Shown: positions 9,188 through 18,456, numbered from the stretch's first letter. The stretch is 64,000 bases of DNA from an uncultured delta proteobacterium (GCA_963747845.1 CAVVGR010000007.1:194025-258024); one strand, 5' to 3'. Notes: generated from the sequence alone by a model not told the origin. A program made the numbers and translations.

Positions 9188-11337
9188 CACAGACTCGGCG
9201 CGGGAACGTTGTTGCAGATACCCGGGCATTGGCCATTGGGGTAAGAGCAGGTGGTCGGGCAATTGATAGCCGGCGTCGGCGTCGGACTCCCGCCACCGGC
9301 CGGCGGCGGAAACGGTATCGTCACGCTGATCGGACTGCCGACAGCTTCCGGCGTCGGGATCGCCTCCGGCGTCATCGAGGGTACCGGTGTCGGCAGCAGC
9401 TCGACCCGCTGCACCTGGTATGGCGCCGTATCGGCCGGCGCGCAGAAGCTGTAGTTGCTGGTCGGGGTCAAATTCCCCACGTCGGGCTGATTCCGCACGA
9501 CAGAACTCGTTATCTGGACCTCGTTGTCGCCCACCGGACCGTCGGGATCGAGCTTCTCGAGCACGACCGAAGTGCCCAGGTCCGGATTGGTCACGGTCCC
9601 GGTGATACTGCCGTGACCCGTGCAGTCGATCGTCTGATCGGGAGGCGTCGGTGCGGTAACCGTCGCACACGCGGAAGGCGCGGGAACGTCGCTCACCGTG
9701 ACGATGTTGTGCCCCTGGTAGGGATCGGTAACCCCCTGGTAGAGATCGATCGTAGTCGCGAACAGATCGAAGGCTGGCACATTCGGCGGAACATTCAACG
9801 TGTAGTTCACGACTTCATTGTTCGAGTGCGTGACGGTAATCGGCATCGGCAGCGCGCTCTCGATATTGTTGGTGTCGTGATCCTCGGCAAACACCTGCAC
9901 CAGTGTGGTCTGCCCGGACACTGGAGGTGTTATCTGGAAGGCACCCGTCACATATCCCTTCGTCAGCTGTAGATCACACGTGGTGAAGGTGCCGCTGCCG
10001 CTTTGGTCGGGGCTGCAGGTGCCGGCGACTTTGCCCTGAGTTCCCGGCTTGACGCGAACAAACAATGTCTGGTAGCCGGGCGCCGAGATCTCCATAACAT
10101 AGCTCGAGGAATTCGGAGCCACGGGCACGTTTTGGAACTGCGACGGGATCGTAACTGTTCCAGGCAACGGGAAGTCGCCCGCATTGTCGGTATTCGCGAC
10201 CGCCACCGTGATGCATTGAGCGGTTTGAGAAGGAGGGCCGAAACAGTAGCCCTCCGGCGGGTTGGAGATGGTATCGGGTGGAAGCAGCAATTGCAGCGTT
10301 GCACCGACCACGGGTTTGGTAGCTTCGCATCCGTCGCTGATAGTGCCCGTGATATTGCCAAGCGTCTCGCTTCCGGTCGGCTTGAAGTCGGCTTCGAGCT
10401 GCTGCCCGGGGTACAACGGCGGCATCCGCAAGGCCTGGTAGCTATCCGCTCCTCCCGAGACCGCGATGTCATAGAGCGAACCAAATCCGGGCGCTGCCGG
10501 CCCGCCCGCCGCCGGGAGCACGAGCGTATAGGAGTTATTGTGCACCACGGCGGTCGCGATCGTGTTGCTCGTTCCGACCGCCAGTGCGCTCACCGCCAAC
10601 TTACGAACTTTAACACCCGTGGTACTGGTGCCGGTGCCGGGGTTCGGGTTTGATTGGACATTTATCGTGCCCGTGATCACTCCGGTCGAGGGATTGGTGG
10701 GCGCGATCGGATCAACCGACACCGTGAACGCATCGCCGGGCGCGGTAGGCACCGCCATTATCGTGAAGCCCAATTGAATGATCAGCGCCGAGGTCTTCCC
10801 GTTCGACGGCGCGGTCAAATTGATCGGCACGCTCAGAACGTTGTCAGTCACCGTGATAGGAACTGCTACGCATCCGTCACTGTTGAAGCCGCCGGAAGGA
10901 ACGCTTGGCGCATTGGGACAGTTGGGAATCAGGTAACCGGGAATGTTCGGGTCCAGTCTAATCTCGGCAACTTTGTAGGTATCGGCCCGCACTGCGGCCG
11001 TGTTGAATAGCTGCGGGATGTTCTGGGACGCGTTGAGATCGATCTGCAGCTCCGCAAAACGTCCCGACCCTCCGATTCCTGGGGGCGCCGGAATGTGTGA
11101 CCATTTGCCACTGCCGGGTCCCGCATTCGCTTTGGGATTGATGCGAACCGTTTGAATATTGAGCAGAACACCCTGGAAGTACTGCGAGTTGGTCGCCAGG
11201 AAGCCCTTGAATCCAATTTCCACCTTCCCCTTCTTGGCCGCCTGCGCCGACCCGAAACCGGCCAGCAGCACGCAAAAAACGATGACGAAGGGTAATATCA
11301 GGCCGCGAACACACCGGTGCACAAAAAAATCTTTCAC
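9187..11337 (-). CDS. large secreted DUF4382-like protein with beta-sandwich repeats and a Cys-rich tail
   Basis: ORF 9187-11481. The likely start is GTG 11337, ahead of signal peptide GLILPFVIVFCVLLAGFGSAQA. The block VEIGFKGFLATNSQYFQGVLLNIQTVRINP...GKWSHIPAP...FAELQIDLNASQNIPQLFNTAAVRADTYKVAEIRLDP resembles DUF4382. The rest is T/P/G/V-rich with paired Cys and the tail CPTTCSYPNGQCPGICNN. Confidence 0.65.
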   Translation of the reverse strand: MKDFFVHRCVRGLILPFVIVFCVLLAGFGSAQAAKKGKVEIGFKGFLATNSQYFQGVLLNIQTVRINPKANAGPGSGKWSHIPAPPGIGGSGRFAELQIDLNASQNIPQLFNTAAVRADTYKVAEIRLDPNIPGYLIPNCPNAPSVPSGGFNSDGCVAVPITVTDNVLSVPINLTAPSNGKTSALIIQLGFTIMAVPTAPGDAFTVSVDPIAPTNPSTGVITGTINVQSNPNPGTGTSTTGVKVRKLAVSALAVGTSNTIATAVVHNNSYTLVLPAAGGPAAPGFGSLYDIAVSGGADSYQALRMPPLYPGQQLEADFKPTGSETLGNITGTISDGCEATKPVVGATLQLLLPPDTISNPPEGYCFGPPSQTAQCITVAVANTDNAGDFPLPGTVTIPSQFQNVPVAPNSSSYVMEISAPGYQTLFVRVKPGTQGKVAGTCSPDQSGSGTFTTCDLQLTKGYVTGAFQITPPVSGQTTLVQVFAEDHDTNNIESALPMPITVTHSNNEVVNYTLNVPPNVPAFDLFATTIDLYQGVTDPYQGHNIVTVSDVPAPSACATVTAPTPPDQTIDCTGHGSITGTVTNPDLGTSVVLEKLDPDGPVGDNEVQITSSVVRNQPDVGNLTPTSNYSFCAPADTAPYQVQRVELLPTPVPSMTPEAIPTPEAVGSPISVTIPFPPPAGGGSPTPTPAINCPTTCSYPNGQCPGICNNVPAPSL

Positions 11338-11450
11338 TCGGAATCCATTGAAGGAGAATTCGGTCAGCGTTTGGGATAACCTAACCGGTGTGCGAAGGCA
11401 AGAATACAATCGCCCGCATAAACGTCCAATTGAACACGGAGCTTGACTGA

Positions 11451-13133
11451 TTGCCTCCACGATCCGGAGAATCATTGCCATCGATGCACTCCTCGAGCCG
11501 AAACTTCCGCCGCTGTCTGTTTACGATTTTTCTTCTGCTTGGTTTCGCGTTTCGAGTCACCGCTGCCCGCGCCAGCCTGAAAATCACTACCGGCAATCCG
11601 GGCCTCGAGCACTTCGATACTGACGGCGGCGTGCAACTCGACTTCGGTCTGACCGACGAAAATGGCAACCCGGTCGGTAATCTTCGTCCTGACAATGTGA
11701 AAGTTTTCGAGGACGGCAAGGAAGCCAAGATCATCGACTTCCGCGGCGTCGGCCAAGGCCGCCCGGTCGATATCGTCTTCGTGCTCGACGTCACCGAATC
11801 GATGCAGCCCTATATCGACGCGGTCAAGGCCAACGTCATCGAGTTTGCGCAGGACCTGCAATCCAACAGCCGCGATTACCGGCTCGGACTGGTGACCTTC
11901 GAGGACTACGTCGTCTCGTCATATCCCGACTGCAACTGCGCCTATCGCGACTCGTTTACTTCGGACGTGAAGCAATTCACCGACTGGGTCGGCACCCTCA
12001 ACGCCGGCGGCGGCGGCGACATCCCCGAGGATCAGCTCGACGCGCTCGCCTATGCCGCGAAGTTTCCGTTCCGCCCCGAGGCTGAAGGCATTATCATCAT
12101 CGTCACCGACGCGCCGCCTCATCACGACGGCGACGGTTCGGCCGACTCGGCCCATGACCAGGCCTTCTGGGACCATCACACTCGCGGCGTGCAGGTAACC
12201 GATGAGACCGGCACCAAGGTCGCCGACCTGCTCAAGAAAAACGGGCTCACGCTGTATGCGGTCGTGCCGCCGCCGTTCATCGCGCCCGAGTACCAGGAAA
12301 TCGTCGATGCGACCCACGGCCGTTCGTACAACATCATCACCGAGGAGGGCCGCTTCCCGTCGCTGGTGCGCGAGATTGGCCATTCGATCGCGACCGAGTA
12401 TTCGCTGACCTATCGCACGCCGCGGCCGATTGAAGACGGCACCAACCGCAGCGTCGAGCTGAAAATCGACTACAACGGCAATTCGGGCGACGCCGACACT
12501 TCGTACCAGGTGCGCGGCGTCGGTGGCGCGGCTATCAACGTGCCCGAGGACGGAGGCACGGCCGGCTCAAATGAAACCGGCACTGGACTCAAGCAACTAT
12601 CCTTCAACTGGTGGAACGGCGCAGTACCTTTAATCGCGATCCTCGGGCTGTTCGGGCTGTCGCGAATGAGATTCGGGATGCCGGCCGATGAGCTCAAGGC
12701 CATCGTCGAGGCGCAGGGTGCGCCGTCGCTGCGAATGTCGGCGCCACCGTCGGCGTCAGCGCCGCGTCCGGTCCAGCGCGCGCCCGCCCGGCCGCCGCAA
12801 TCATCCCCGGTAACCGCGCCGCGCGGCGTGGGACAGACCACGGGCGCGCGGCTGGTCGCCGTCGATCGCATCGATCCGGTGCCGGCTGAGTACTCGCTGA
12901 TGAAGGACGAGATTTCCATCGGCCGCGGCGAGGACAACGACGTCGTTATCCCGCACGCCAGCGTATCGCGGCAGCACGCGCGCCTGATGCGCCGCGATGG
13001 CGGCTTCGAGCTGATGGATCTGAATTCGACCAACGGCAGCTACGTGGACGATCGCCAAATCCATGGCTCGAGCTTTCTGAGCGCGGGCAGCCAGCTCCGC
13101 CTCGGCGACATCAGGTTCGTGCTGCAGCTCTAA
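11451..13133 (+). CDS. membrane protein with periplasmic vWA domain and cytoplasmic FHA domain
   Basis: Signal peptide MHSSSRNFRRCLFTIFLLLGFAFRVTAARA (probable start ATG 11484). vWA MIDAS DIVFVLDVTESM and IIIIVTDAPPHHDGD. TM WWNGAVPLIAILGLFGLS, then a Pro-rich linker. FHA motifs ISIGRGEDNDVVIPHASVSRQHARL...DLNSTNGSYVD. Confidence 0.85.
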   Translation: MPPRSGESLPSMHSSSRNFRRCLFTIFLLLGFAFRVTAARASLKITTGNPGLEHFDTDGGVQLDFGLTDENGNPVGNLRPDNVKVFEDGKEAKIIDFRGVGQGRPVDIVFVLDVTESMQPYIDAVKANVIEFAQDLQSNSRDYRLGLVTFEDYVVSSYPDCNCAYRDSFTSDVKQFTDWVGTLNAGGGGDIPEDQLDALAYAAKFPFRPEAEGIIIIVTDAPPHHDGDGSADSAHDQAFWDHHTRGVQVTDETGTKVADLLKKNGLTLYAVVPPPFIAPEYQEIVDATHGRSYNIITEEGRFPSLVREIGHSIATEYSLTYRTPRPIEDGTNRSVELKIDYNGNSGDADTSYQVRGVGGAAINVPEDGGTAGSNETGTGLKQLSFNWWNGAVPLIAILGLFGLSRMRFGMPADELKAIVEAQGAPSLRMSAPPSASAPRPVQRAPARPPQSSPVTAPRGVGQTTGARLVAVDRIDPVPAEYSLMKDEISIGRGEDNDVVIPHASVSRQHARLMRRDGGFELMDLNSTNGSYVDDRQIHGSSFLSAGSQLRLGDIRFVLQL

Positions 13134-13149
13134 ACGCGGCCCTCGCCGA

Positions 13150-14496
13150 TCAGTGACCCTCTCTCGCCAGCGCCGACGGCGCCAGGAAGGAGTTGTCCAC
13201 CGTTCCCATGTCGATGTACCAGCATTCGCGATCGGGCGCGGTCTTGCCGGGCATATAGACGACCGAGCTGTAGCCGGTGGTGAGATCTTCATCGACCAGC
13301 CCGATCTGGAACATCCGCTTGTATGGATAAATCGCGACCCTCGCGTCAGGCACGGGCCGGTCGCGATAGGTATTGAAGGTTGCGATCGTCTTCCACAGCT
13401 TGCCTTCGCGATCGTACTGATCCGACGCCGTCACGAACCATCCTTCCGAATCGATGTAGAGAATCCGCTTCGGTATCGTCGTGCCAAGACCCTTCTTCAC
13501 GGTGGCTTCGATCACGTACAGATTGCGCATTTCCCAGTCTTCGGGGCATATCGTCTTGCCGCCATCGAAGGGGCATTGCGGCGCCGGCGAATGCTCCGCT
13601 TCCACCGACGCGAGCATCTCCCTTTCGCCCAGGAACCGGTACGTGAAATCCTCGATCTTCGCCGAGAAGCCGAAGTACGAATCAGGATCGAGCGTGTTGG
13701 CGTAGGACGGCGCCCCGCTGACGCCGCCCAGGCCGCCGCTGATGCTGCCGCCACCGCCCCCGCCGCCGAATCCCGGCAGTGCCCCGGTGCTGTCTGCCAT
13801 CAGCCCCGCCGATTCACGTCGCAGCTTGCGCGTGCCGGGACTGTACACCCAGACGTTGTCCTCTCTTTTGATCGATGTACCGTTCGCGCGTCATCCCATA
13901 GCCGCGCAACGCGGTCGGCTCTAGGAACGGAAAGAAGCCGAAGCGGTAGCGCAGGCCGCTGTCAAGGCGTCGGGATCGGTCGGTATCGGCGGCACTTCGA
14001 TGCGCCCGATATTGTTGTAGAACGCAAAATGCCCGACCGTGTAGTAGCTCAGCGGGGTGCCGTTGGCATACTTGCCGAACGTGGCGACCTCCGGAAAGCG
14101 CATGTCGATATCGTCGCTGTAAAGCGGCCGGTAGCTGTAATTCCACATCACCTTCATCGCCACTTCCGGGTCGTTGGGATCGACCAGCGGAAACGGTTGC
14201 CCAGCCGTATAGCCATGCAGGCTTCCGTCGGGCATCAGCTGGACCTGCGGCGAATAGCGCTCGGTCGCGTTCTTGAACGGCGGCGGCCAATCGAGCTTGT
14301 CGGTCGGCACGATCCTCAGCTGCATCCCCTGCTGAACCAGGACGTAATTGCCGGGGCTCAGCAGCGCGGCCACTTTGTAGGCATTGTCCGGGGTGATTAC
14401 ATCGCCTGGCTTGACCCCGGCCTGCGCCGGCGCCATCGAGCACAATGCCGCGGCCAGCAAGGTACCGGCTACGATTCCTAACGATGACAGTCGCAT
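13150..14496 (-). CDS. DUF1329-type (LolA-like fold) outer-membrane lipoprotein-sorting family protein, two apparent frameshifts
   Basis: ORF 13921-14496 (signal peptide LGIVAGTLLAAALCSMAPAQA; ITPDNAYKVAALLSPGNYVLVQQGMQLRIVPT...GQPFPLVDPNDPEVAMKVMWNY), a piece in ORF 13814-14443 (GLRYRFGFFPFLEPTALRGYGMT) and ORF 13150-13848 (VYSPGTRKLRR...YVIEATVKK...RILYIDSEGWF). It contains a Gly run GFGGGGGGGS. Confidence 0.6.
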
Positions 14497-14639
14497 AAGT
14501 CTCCTTTGCGGTGCGTCCGCGCCGGTTCGGGCGCGCCGCCGGCTATCTTACAGCAGACAGCCCCCTATCAAAATCACCTGCTTGATCGTCTGACGCCGCC
14601 CTCCCTATGATTTGAACAGAGCAGCGAGTATGCACTCCC

Positions 14640-15086
14640 ATGAAAAAAATAATTTCCCGCATCAGTGCGTTCGCGATCGTGATCTCGTTGATCGTATTCA
14701 CCGCCGCCCGCGCCGAGGCCCAGTTGCGCGGCATGATGGTCCCGCTGGCCACCACGGTGGTCATCTCCAAGCCCGGCCCCGACCAGATCTACGGCAACCG
14801 GCAGGTCATCACGATGGGCGTGGGCACCAAGACCTACAAGTTCCTGCTGAACGACGCCTACGTGGACGACCCCCGCGGCGTCATCCGATGGCCCGACGTC
14901 TGGCAGGCGATCCGTCAATACCGGCCCAACTTCAACGTGGCCGGCCTCGGCGAAGACACCTTCGAGAAAATGCAACCCGGCCAGACCATGACGGTGCGCG
15001 GCATGTTCTCGCCCAACAATCAGACCTTCGAAGTAATGAGCGCAGAACCAGGCGCCGGCAACTCCGAACCAGCCCAGCACTATTAG
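14640..15086 (+). CDS. hypothetical secreted protein
   Basis: 148-aa ORF with signal peptide MKKIISRISAFAIVISLIVFTAARAEA. A strong hairpin (gtggaaccc-gcggt-gggttccgc) follows 20 nt after the stop. No family recognised. Confidence 0.5.
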   Translation: MKKIISRISAFAIVISLIVFTAARAEAQLRGMMVPLATTVVISKPGPDQIYGNRQVITMGVGTKTYKFLLNDAYVDDPRGVIRWPDVWQAIRQYRPNFNVAGLGEDTFEKMQPGQTMTVRGMFSPNNQTFEVMSAEPGAGNSEPAQHY

Positions 15087-15353
15087 GAAGAAGAACTTGA
15101 TTAAACGTGGAACCCGCGGTGGGTTCCGCACTTCCTTCGGCAGGGGTGACCCCTGCACCCAGTATTCAGAAAAGAAGATGCGGGACTCGTCCCTGTGAGA
15201 GTTCTTTCCGTGTGAGCTCTAAGGCGGCAGGTCGTCGATCCCGCCGCTGCTTCCGGAGCAGGGAATGGCGGGTGTAGCCGCCGGCAGATAGGGTTCTGCA
15301 ACCCAAGCAGAGTTTTCCTAAATCCAGTCCCCTTCCAACGCAGAATTTTTCTC

Positions 15354-15397
15354 ATCCGGTTCCCCTTCCACCAGGGGAAGGGGTTAGGGGTTAGGTT
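15354..15397 (+). repeat. REP-like element family A, left copy of a perfect 44-bp inverted pair
   Basis: atccggttccccttccaccaggggaaggggttaggggttaggtt equals the reverse complement of 17850-17893. It holds an internal hairpin ccccttcc-accagg-ggaagggg and overlaps the last codons and stop of the SRPBCC gene. Confidence 0.95.
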
Positions 15398-15857
15398 TTC
15401 CCCTCGCCATCACCGCCGCCAACTCCTTCTCCCGATAATCGAAAATCTGCGCGAGACTCCGCGCCACGAACAGCCGATACGCAATCTCGCCCAGCACCCC
15501 CAGCGGCATCGCATACTCGACGCGATCCTTCATCTCGGTCGCTCCGCCGCCAACGTTCCTGAAGCTATGGCTATGACGCCACAATGCGTACGGCCCTTTC
15601 TCCTGCACATCGACAAACCGGTTCGGCGCCTCGACCACTTCTATCCGCGTCCGCCAATGCACCGGCACGCCGTACAGCTGAATCTGGTAGTCGATAACAG
15701 TCCCGGGATGAACTTCCGCCGGCGGCGGCGCCAGAAATTTAAAATTCAGAAACGCCGGCGTAAGCCGCTCGAGATTGCGCGGGTCAGAGAAAAATCGAAA
15801 GGTCTCAGCAAGCGGCCGCCGCACAATCTGCGTACGTTCAAGCACACGAACTTTCAT
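15384..15857 (-). CDS. SRPBCC (START/polyketide-cyclase-like) ligand-binding family protein
   Basis: 157-aa ORF with FRFFSDPRNLERLTPAFLNFKF...IDYQIQLYGVPVHWRTRIEVVEAPNRFVDVQEKGPYALWRHSHSF, typical of the SRPBCC family. The last five codons (KPNP, stop) come from the repeat. Confidence 0.7.
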   Translation of the reverse strand: MKVRVLERTQIVRRPLAETFRFFSDPRNLERLTPAFLNFKFLAPPPAEVHPGTVIDYQIQLYGVPVHWRTRIEVVEAPNRFVDVQEKGPYALWRHSHSFRNVGGGATEMKDRVEYAMPLGVLGEIAYRLFVARSLAQIFDYREKELAAVMARGKPNP

Positions 15858-15985
15858 CCAGCCGATGGTACGGCATCCGCATCAACGAAACACCCAAATT
15901 CACCGTTTTCACACGCCGGCAAAGCGGAAGTTGTGCCGCTATCTGCAGGTAGTGTAACTTTGAAGGCTCAACTCAGAGGAAGAAT

Positions 15986-17702
15986 TTGCAAGAAAATCGC
16001 GAGATGAAAAAACTTACCGGAGCACAAATCATCATCGAGAGCCTCATTGCCGAAGGCGTCGATGTAATCTTCGGCTATCCCGGCGGCGCCATCCTCCCGA
16101 CCTACGACGCGCTCCTCGACTCGAAGATCAAGCACGTCCTCGTCCGCCATGAACAGGGCGCGACCCACATGGCCGAGGGCTATGCCCGCGTCAGCGGACG
16201 CCCCGGCGTCGTGCTCGTCACCTCCGGCCCCGGCGCCACCAACACCGTCACCGGAATCGTCGACGCCTACATGGATTCCACTCCGATGGTCGTCCTGTCG
16301 GGCCAGGTTCCGACCACGATGATCGGCAACGACGCTTTCCAGGAAGCGGACTTCGTCGGCATCACGCGCCCGTGCACCAAGCACAATTTCCTCGTCAAGA
16401 ACGTCAAGGACATCTCGCGCATCATCAAGGAAGCGTTTTACATCGCCGGCAGCGGGCGCCCCGGCCCGGTCGTCGTCGATCTGCCCAAGGACGTGCAGCA
16501 GGCCGAGCATACTCTTGCACCTGTCCGAGCGCGTCGACCTGCGCGGCTACAAGCCGACGATTCGCGGCAACCCGCGTCAGATAGAACGCGCCATCGAGGC
16601 GATCGAAAAGAGCTCGACGCCGCTGTTCTACGTCGGCGGCGGCGTCCAATGGTCCGGCGCCGCGCCCGAGCTGCGCGAGCTGGTCAAAGGACTCGGCATC
16701 CCGGTTACCGAAACGCTGATGGGACTGGGATCGTACCCGGCCTCCGATTCGCTGCGGCTCGGGATGCTCGGGATGCATGGCTCGTACGGCACCAACACCG
16801 CGGTCTGCAACACCGACTGCCTGATCGCAGTCGGCGCGCGCTTCGACGATCGCGTCACCGGCAAGATTTCAGAATTCGCGCCGAAGGCCGAGACGATCAT
16901 CCATATCGACATCGACCCGTCGTCGATTTCGAAGAACGTCAAGGTCGATATTCCGATCGTCGGCGACATCAAGTCGGTCCTCACCGACATGCTCACCACG
17001 ATCAAGGGCCGCGAGAGTATCGCCAAGCGCCACGCCGACTGGGCGAAATGGCATCAGCAGATCCTCCAGTGGCAGAAGGAGAAGCCGCTCTACGAGAACA
17101 TCAGCCGTGGCGAGAGCGTCTCGCCGTTCGACGTCATTACCGAGATGCACAACATCACCAAGGGCGACTGCATCGTCGCCACCGACGTCGGCCAGCATCA
17201 GATGTGGATGGCGCAGATGTTCCCGTTCGAGCATCCGCGCTCGTGGCTGACCTCGGGCGGACTGGGCACGATGGGCTACGGGCTGCCGGCCGGAATCGGC
17301 GCGACCTTCGCGGCGCCCGACAAGAAAGTGGTGGTGGTCTCGGGCGACGGCTCGATCCAGATGAACATCCAGGAGCTGGGCACCGCAGTCCAGTACAACG
17401 TCGACATCAAAGTGATCATCCTGAACAACTACTACCTCGGGATGGTTCGCCAGTGGCAGGAGAAGTTCTACGCCGAGCGCTATTCGTACTCCGCGATGTC
17501 GGTGCCGAACTTCGTCAAGCTCGCCGACGCCTACGGCGCGCGCGGCTTCAGGATCGAAAAGGCGAAAGACCTGGTAGCGACGATGAAAGAAGCATTCGCC
17601 ACGCCCGGCCCGGTGCTGATCGACGTAGTGATCCCGAAGGAAGAAGCGGTGATGCCGATGATTCCGCCCGGCGGCGCAATGTCAGAAATGCTATTCGCCT
17701 GA
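15986..17702 (+). CDS. ilvB: acetolactate synthase (acetohydroxy-acid synthase) large subunit, one apparent frameshift
   Basis: ORF 15986-17737 N-terminal part (probable start ATG 16004, [14 protein letters not shown]...GYPGGAILP...[32 protein letters not shown]) joins ORF 16515-17702 ([28 protein letters not shown]). The shift is near 16505-16515. No ilvN or ilvC follows. Confidence 0.93.
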
Positions 17703-17711
17703 GATTCTGTC

Positions 17712-17787
17712 TCCTCTCCCTGCAAGGGAGAGGATGAAGGTGAGGGTCCTTATACAGCGCGCATCCTTTGCGCGCGATTCAAGATTC
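17712..17787 (+). repeat. REP/terminator-like element family B, copy 1 (directly after the ilvB stop)
   Basis: tcctctccctgcaagggagaggatgaaggtgagggtccttatacagcgcgcatcctttgcgcgcgattcaagattc is nearly identical to 31320-31392 and degenerate at 53551-53655. It has two hairpins (ctctccc/gggagag and gcgcgc/gcgcgc). Confidence 0.9.
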
Positions 17788-17849
17788 TGCCAATGCCAAA
17801 TTGATGCGAGTGTCGGGACTTAGACCTCCGCGCAACGAATGAGGCAAGC

Positions 17850-17893
17850 AACCTAACCCCTAACCCCTTCCCCTGGTGGAAGGGGAACCGGAT
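17850..17893 (-). repeat. REP-like element family A, right copy of the 44-bp inverted pair
   Basis: aacctaacccctaaccccttcccctggtggaaggggaaccggat is the exact reverse complement of 15354-15397. Confidence 0.95.
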
Positions 17894-17910
17894 TGAAGAG
17901 AGGTGCACCA

Positions 17911-18456
17911 ATGGCGCCGCGCGTACCTTACCTGAATCGCGAAGACCTTCCCGAAGCCGACCGCGAGATCTTCGACAACCTCGCCGCCGAGCGCGGCGGC
18001 ACCGTCGGCAACATTTTCAAAGCGCTCGCGCATACGCCGAACCTGCTGCGCCGCTTCTGCCAGATAGGCAGCGAGCTCCGCAACAAAACCGCGCTCGATC
18101 CAAAGCTGCGCGAGCTCGCCATCTGCACCGTCGGCCGGCTCACCGATGCGCAATACGAGTTCGTGCATCATTGGAACCTCGCGCGCCGCACCGGCGTCAC
18201 CCGCGATCAGCTCGAAGCTCTCGCCGACTGGGAGAAATCCCCGAAGTTCAGCGACCACGAGCGCGCCGTGATTCGTTACGCCGTCGAGGCGACCAACAAC
18301 GTGCGCGTCACCGACGCCACCTGGAACGCGCTCAAGACCTTCCTCGACACCCGCCGCCTGATGGAACTGGTGCAGAACGTCGCCTTCTACAACATGGTAG
18401 TCCGCGTGCTGGTCCCGGTCGGCGTCGAGCTGGAACCCGGCACCGTGAAGCAGTAA
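17911..18456 (+). CDS. carboxymuconolactone decarboxylase (AhpD-like) family protein
   Basis: ORF 17893-18456. ATG 17911 is preceded by agagagg. Sequence PRVPYLNREDLPEADREIFDNL...ALAHTPNLLRRF...LRELAICTVGRLTDAQYEFVHH fits the CMD/AhpD fold family. Confidence 0.75.
   Translation: MAPRVPYLNREDLPEADREIFDNLAAERGGTVGNIFKALAHTPNLLRRFCQIGSELRNKTALDPKLRELAICTVGRLTDAQYEFVHHWNLARRTGVTRDQLEALADWEKSPKFSDHERAVIRYAVEATNNVRVTDATWNALKTFLDTRRLMELVQNVAFYNMVVRVLVPVGVELEPGTVKQ

Noticed and set aside
15224-15290. Resemblance of gggtgtagccgccggcag to the 3' strand of bacterial 4.5S/SRP RNA (GGGAUGUAGCUGGCAGG).
   Set aside because: The apical loop is not the conserved GGAA tetraloop with the GGAAGCAGC motif on either strand, so the similarity is probably chance.
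15354-17893. Composite-transposon interpretation of the segment flanked by inverted repeats.
   Set aside because: There is no transposase, integrase or target-site duplication. The repeats look like REP-type hairpin elements, so mobility of the whole segment is unsupported, although inversion remains possible.
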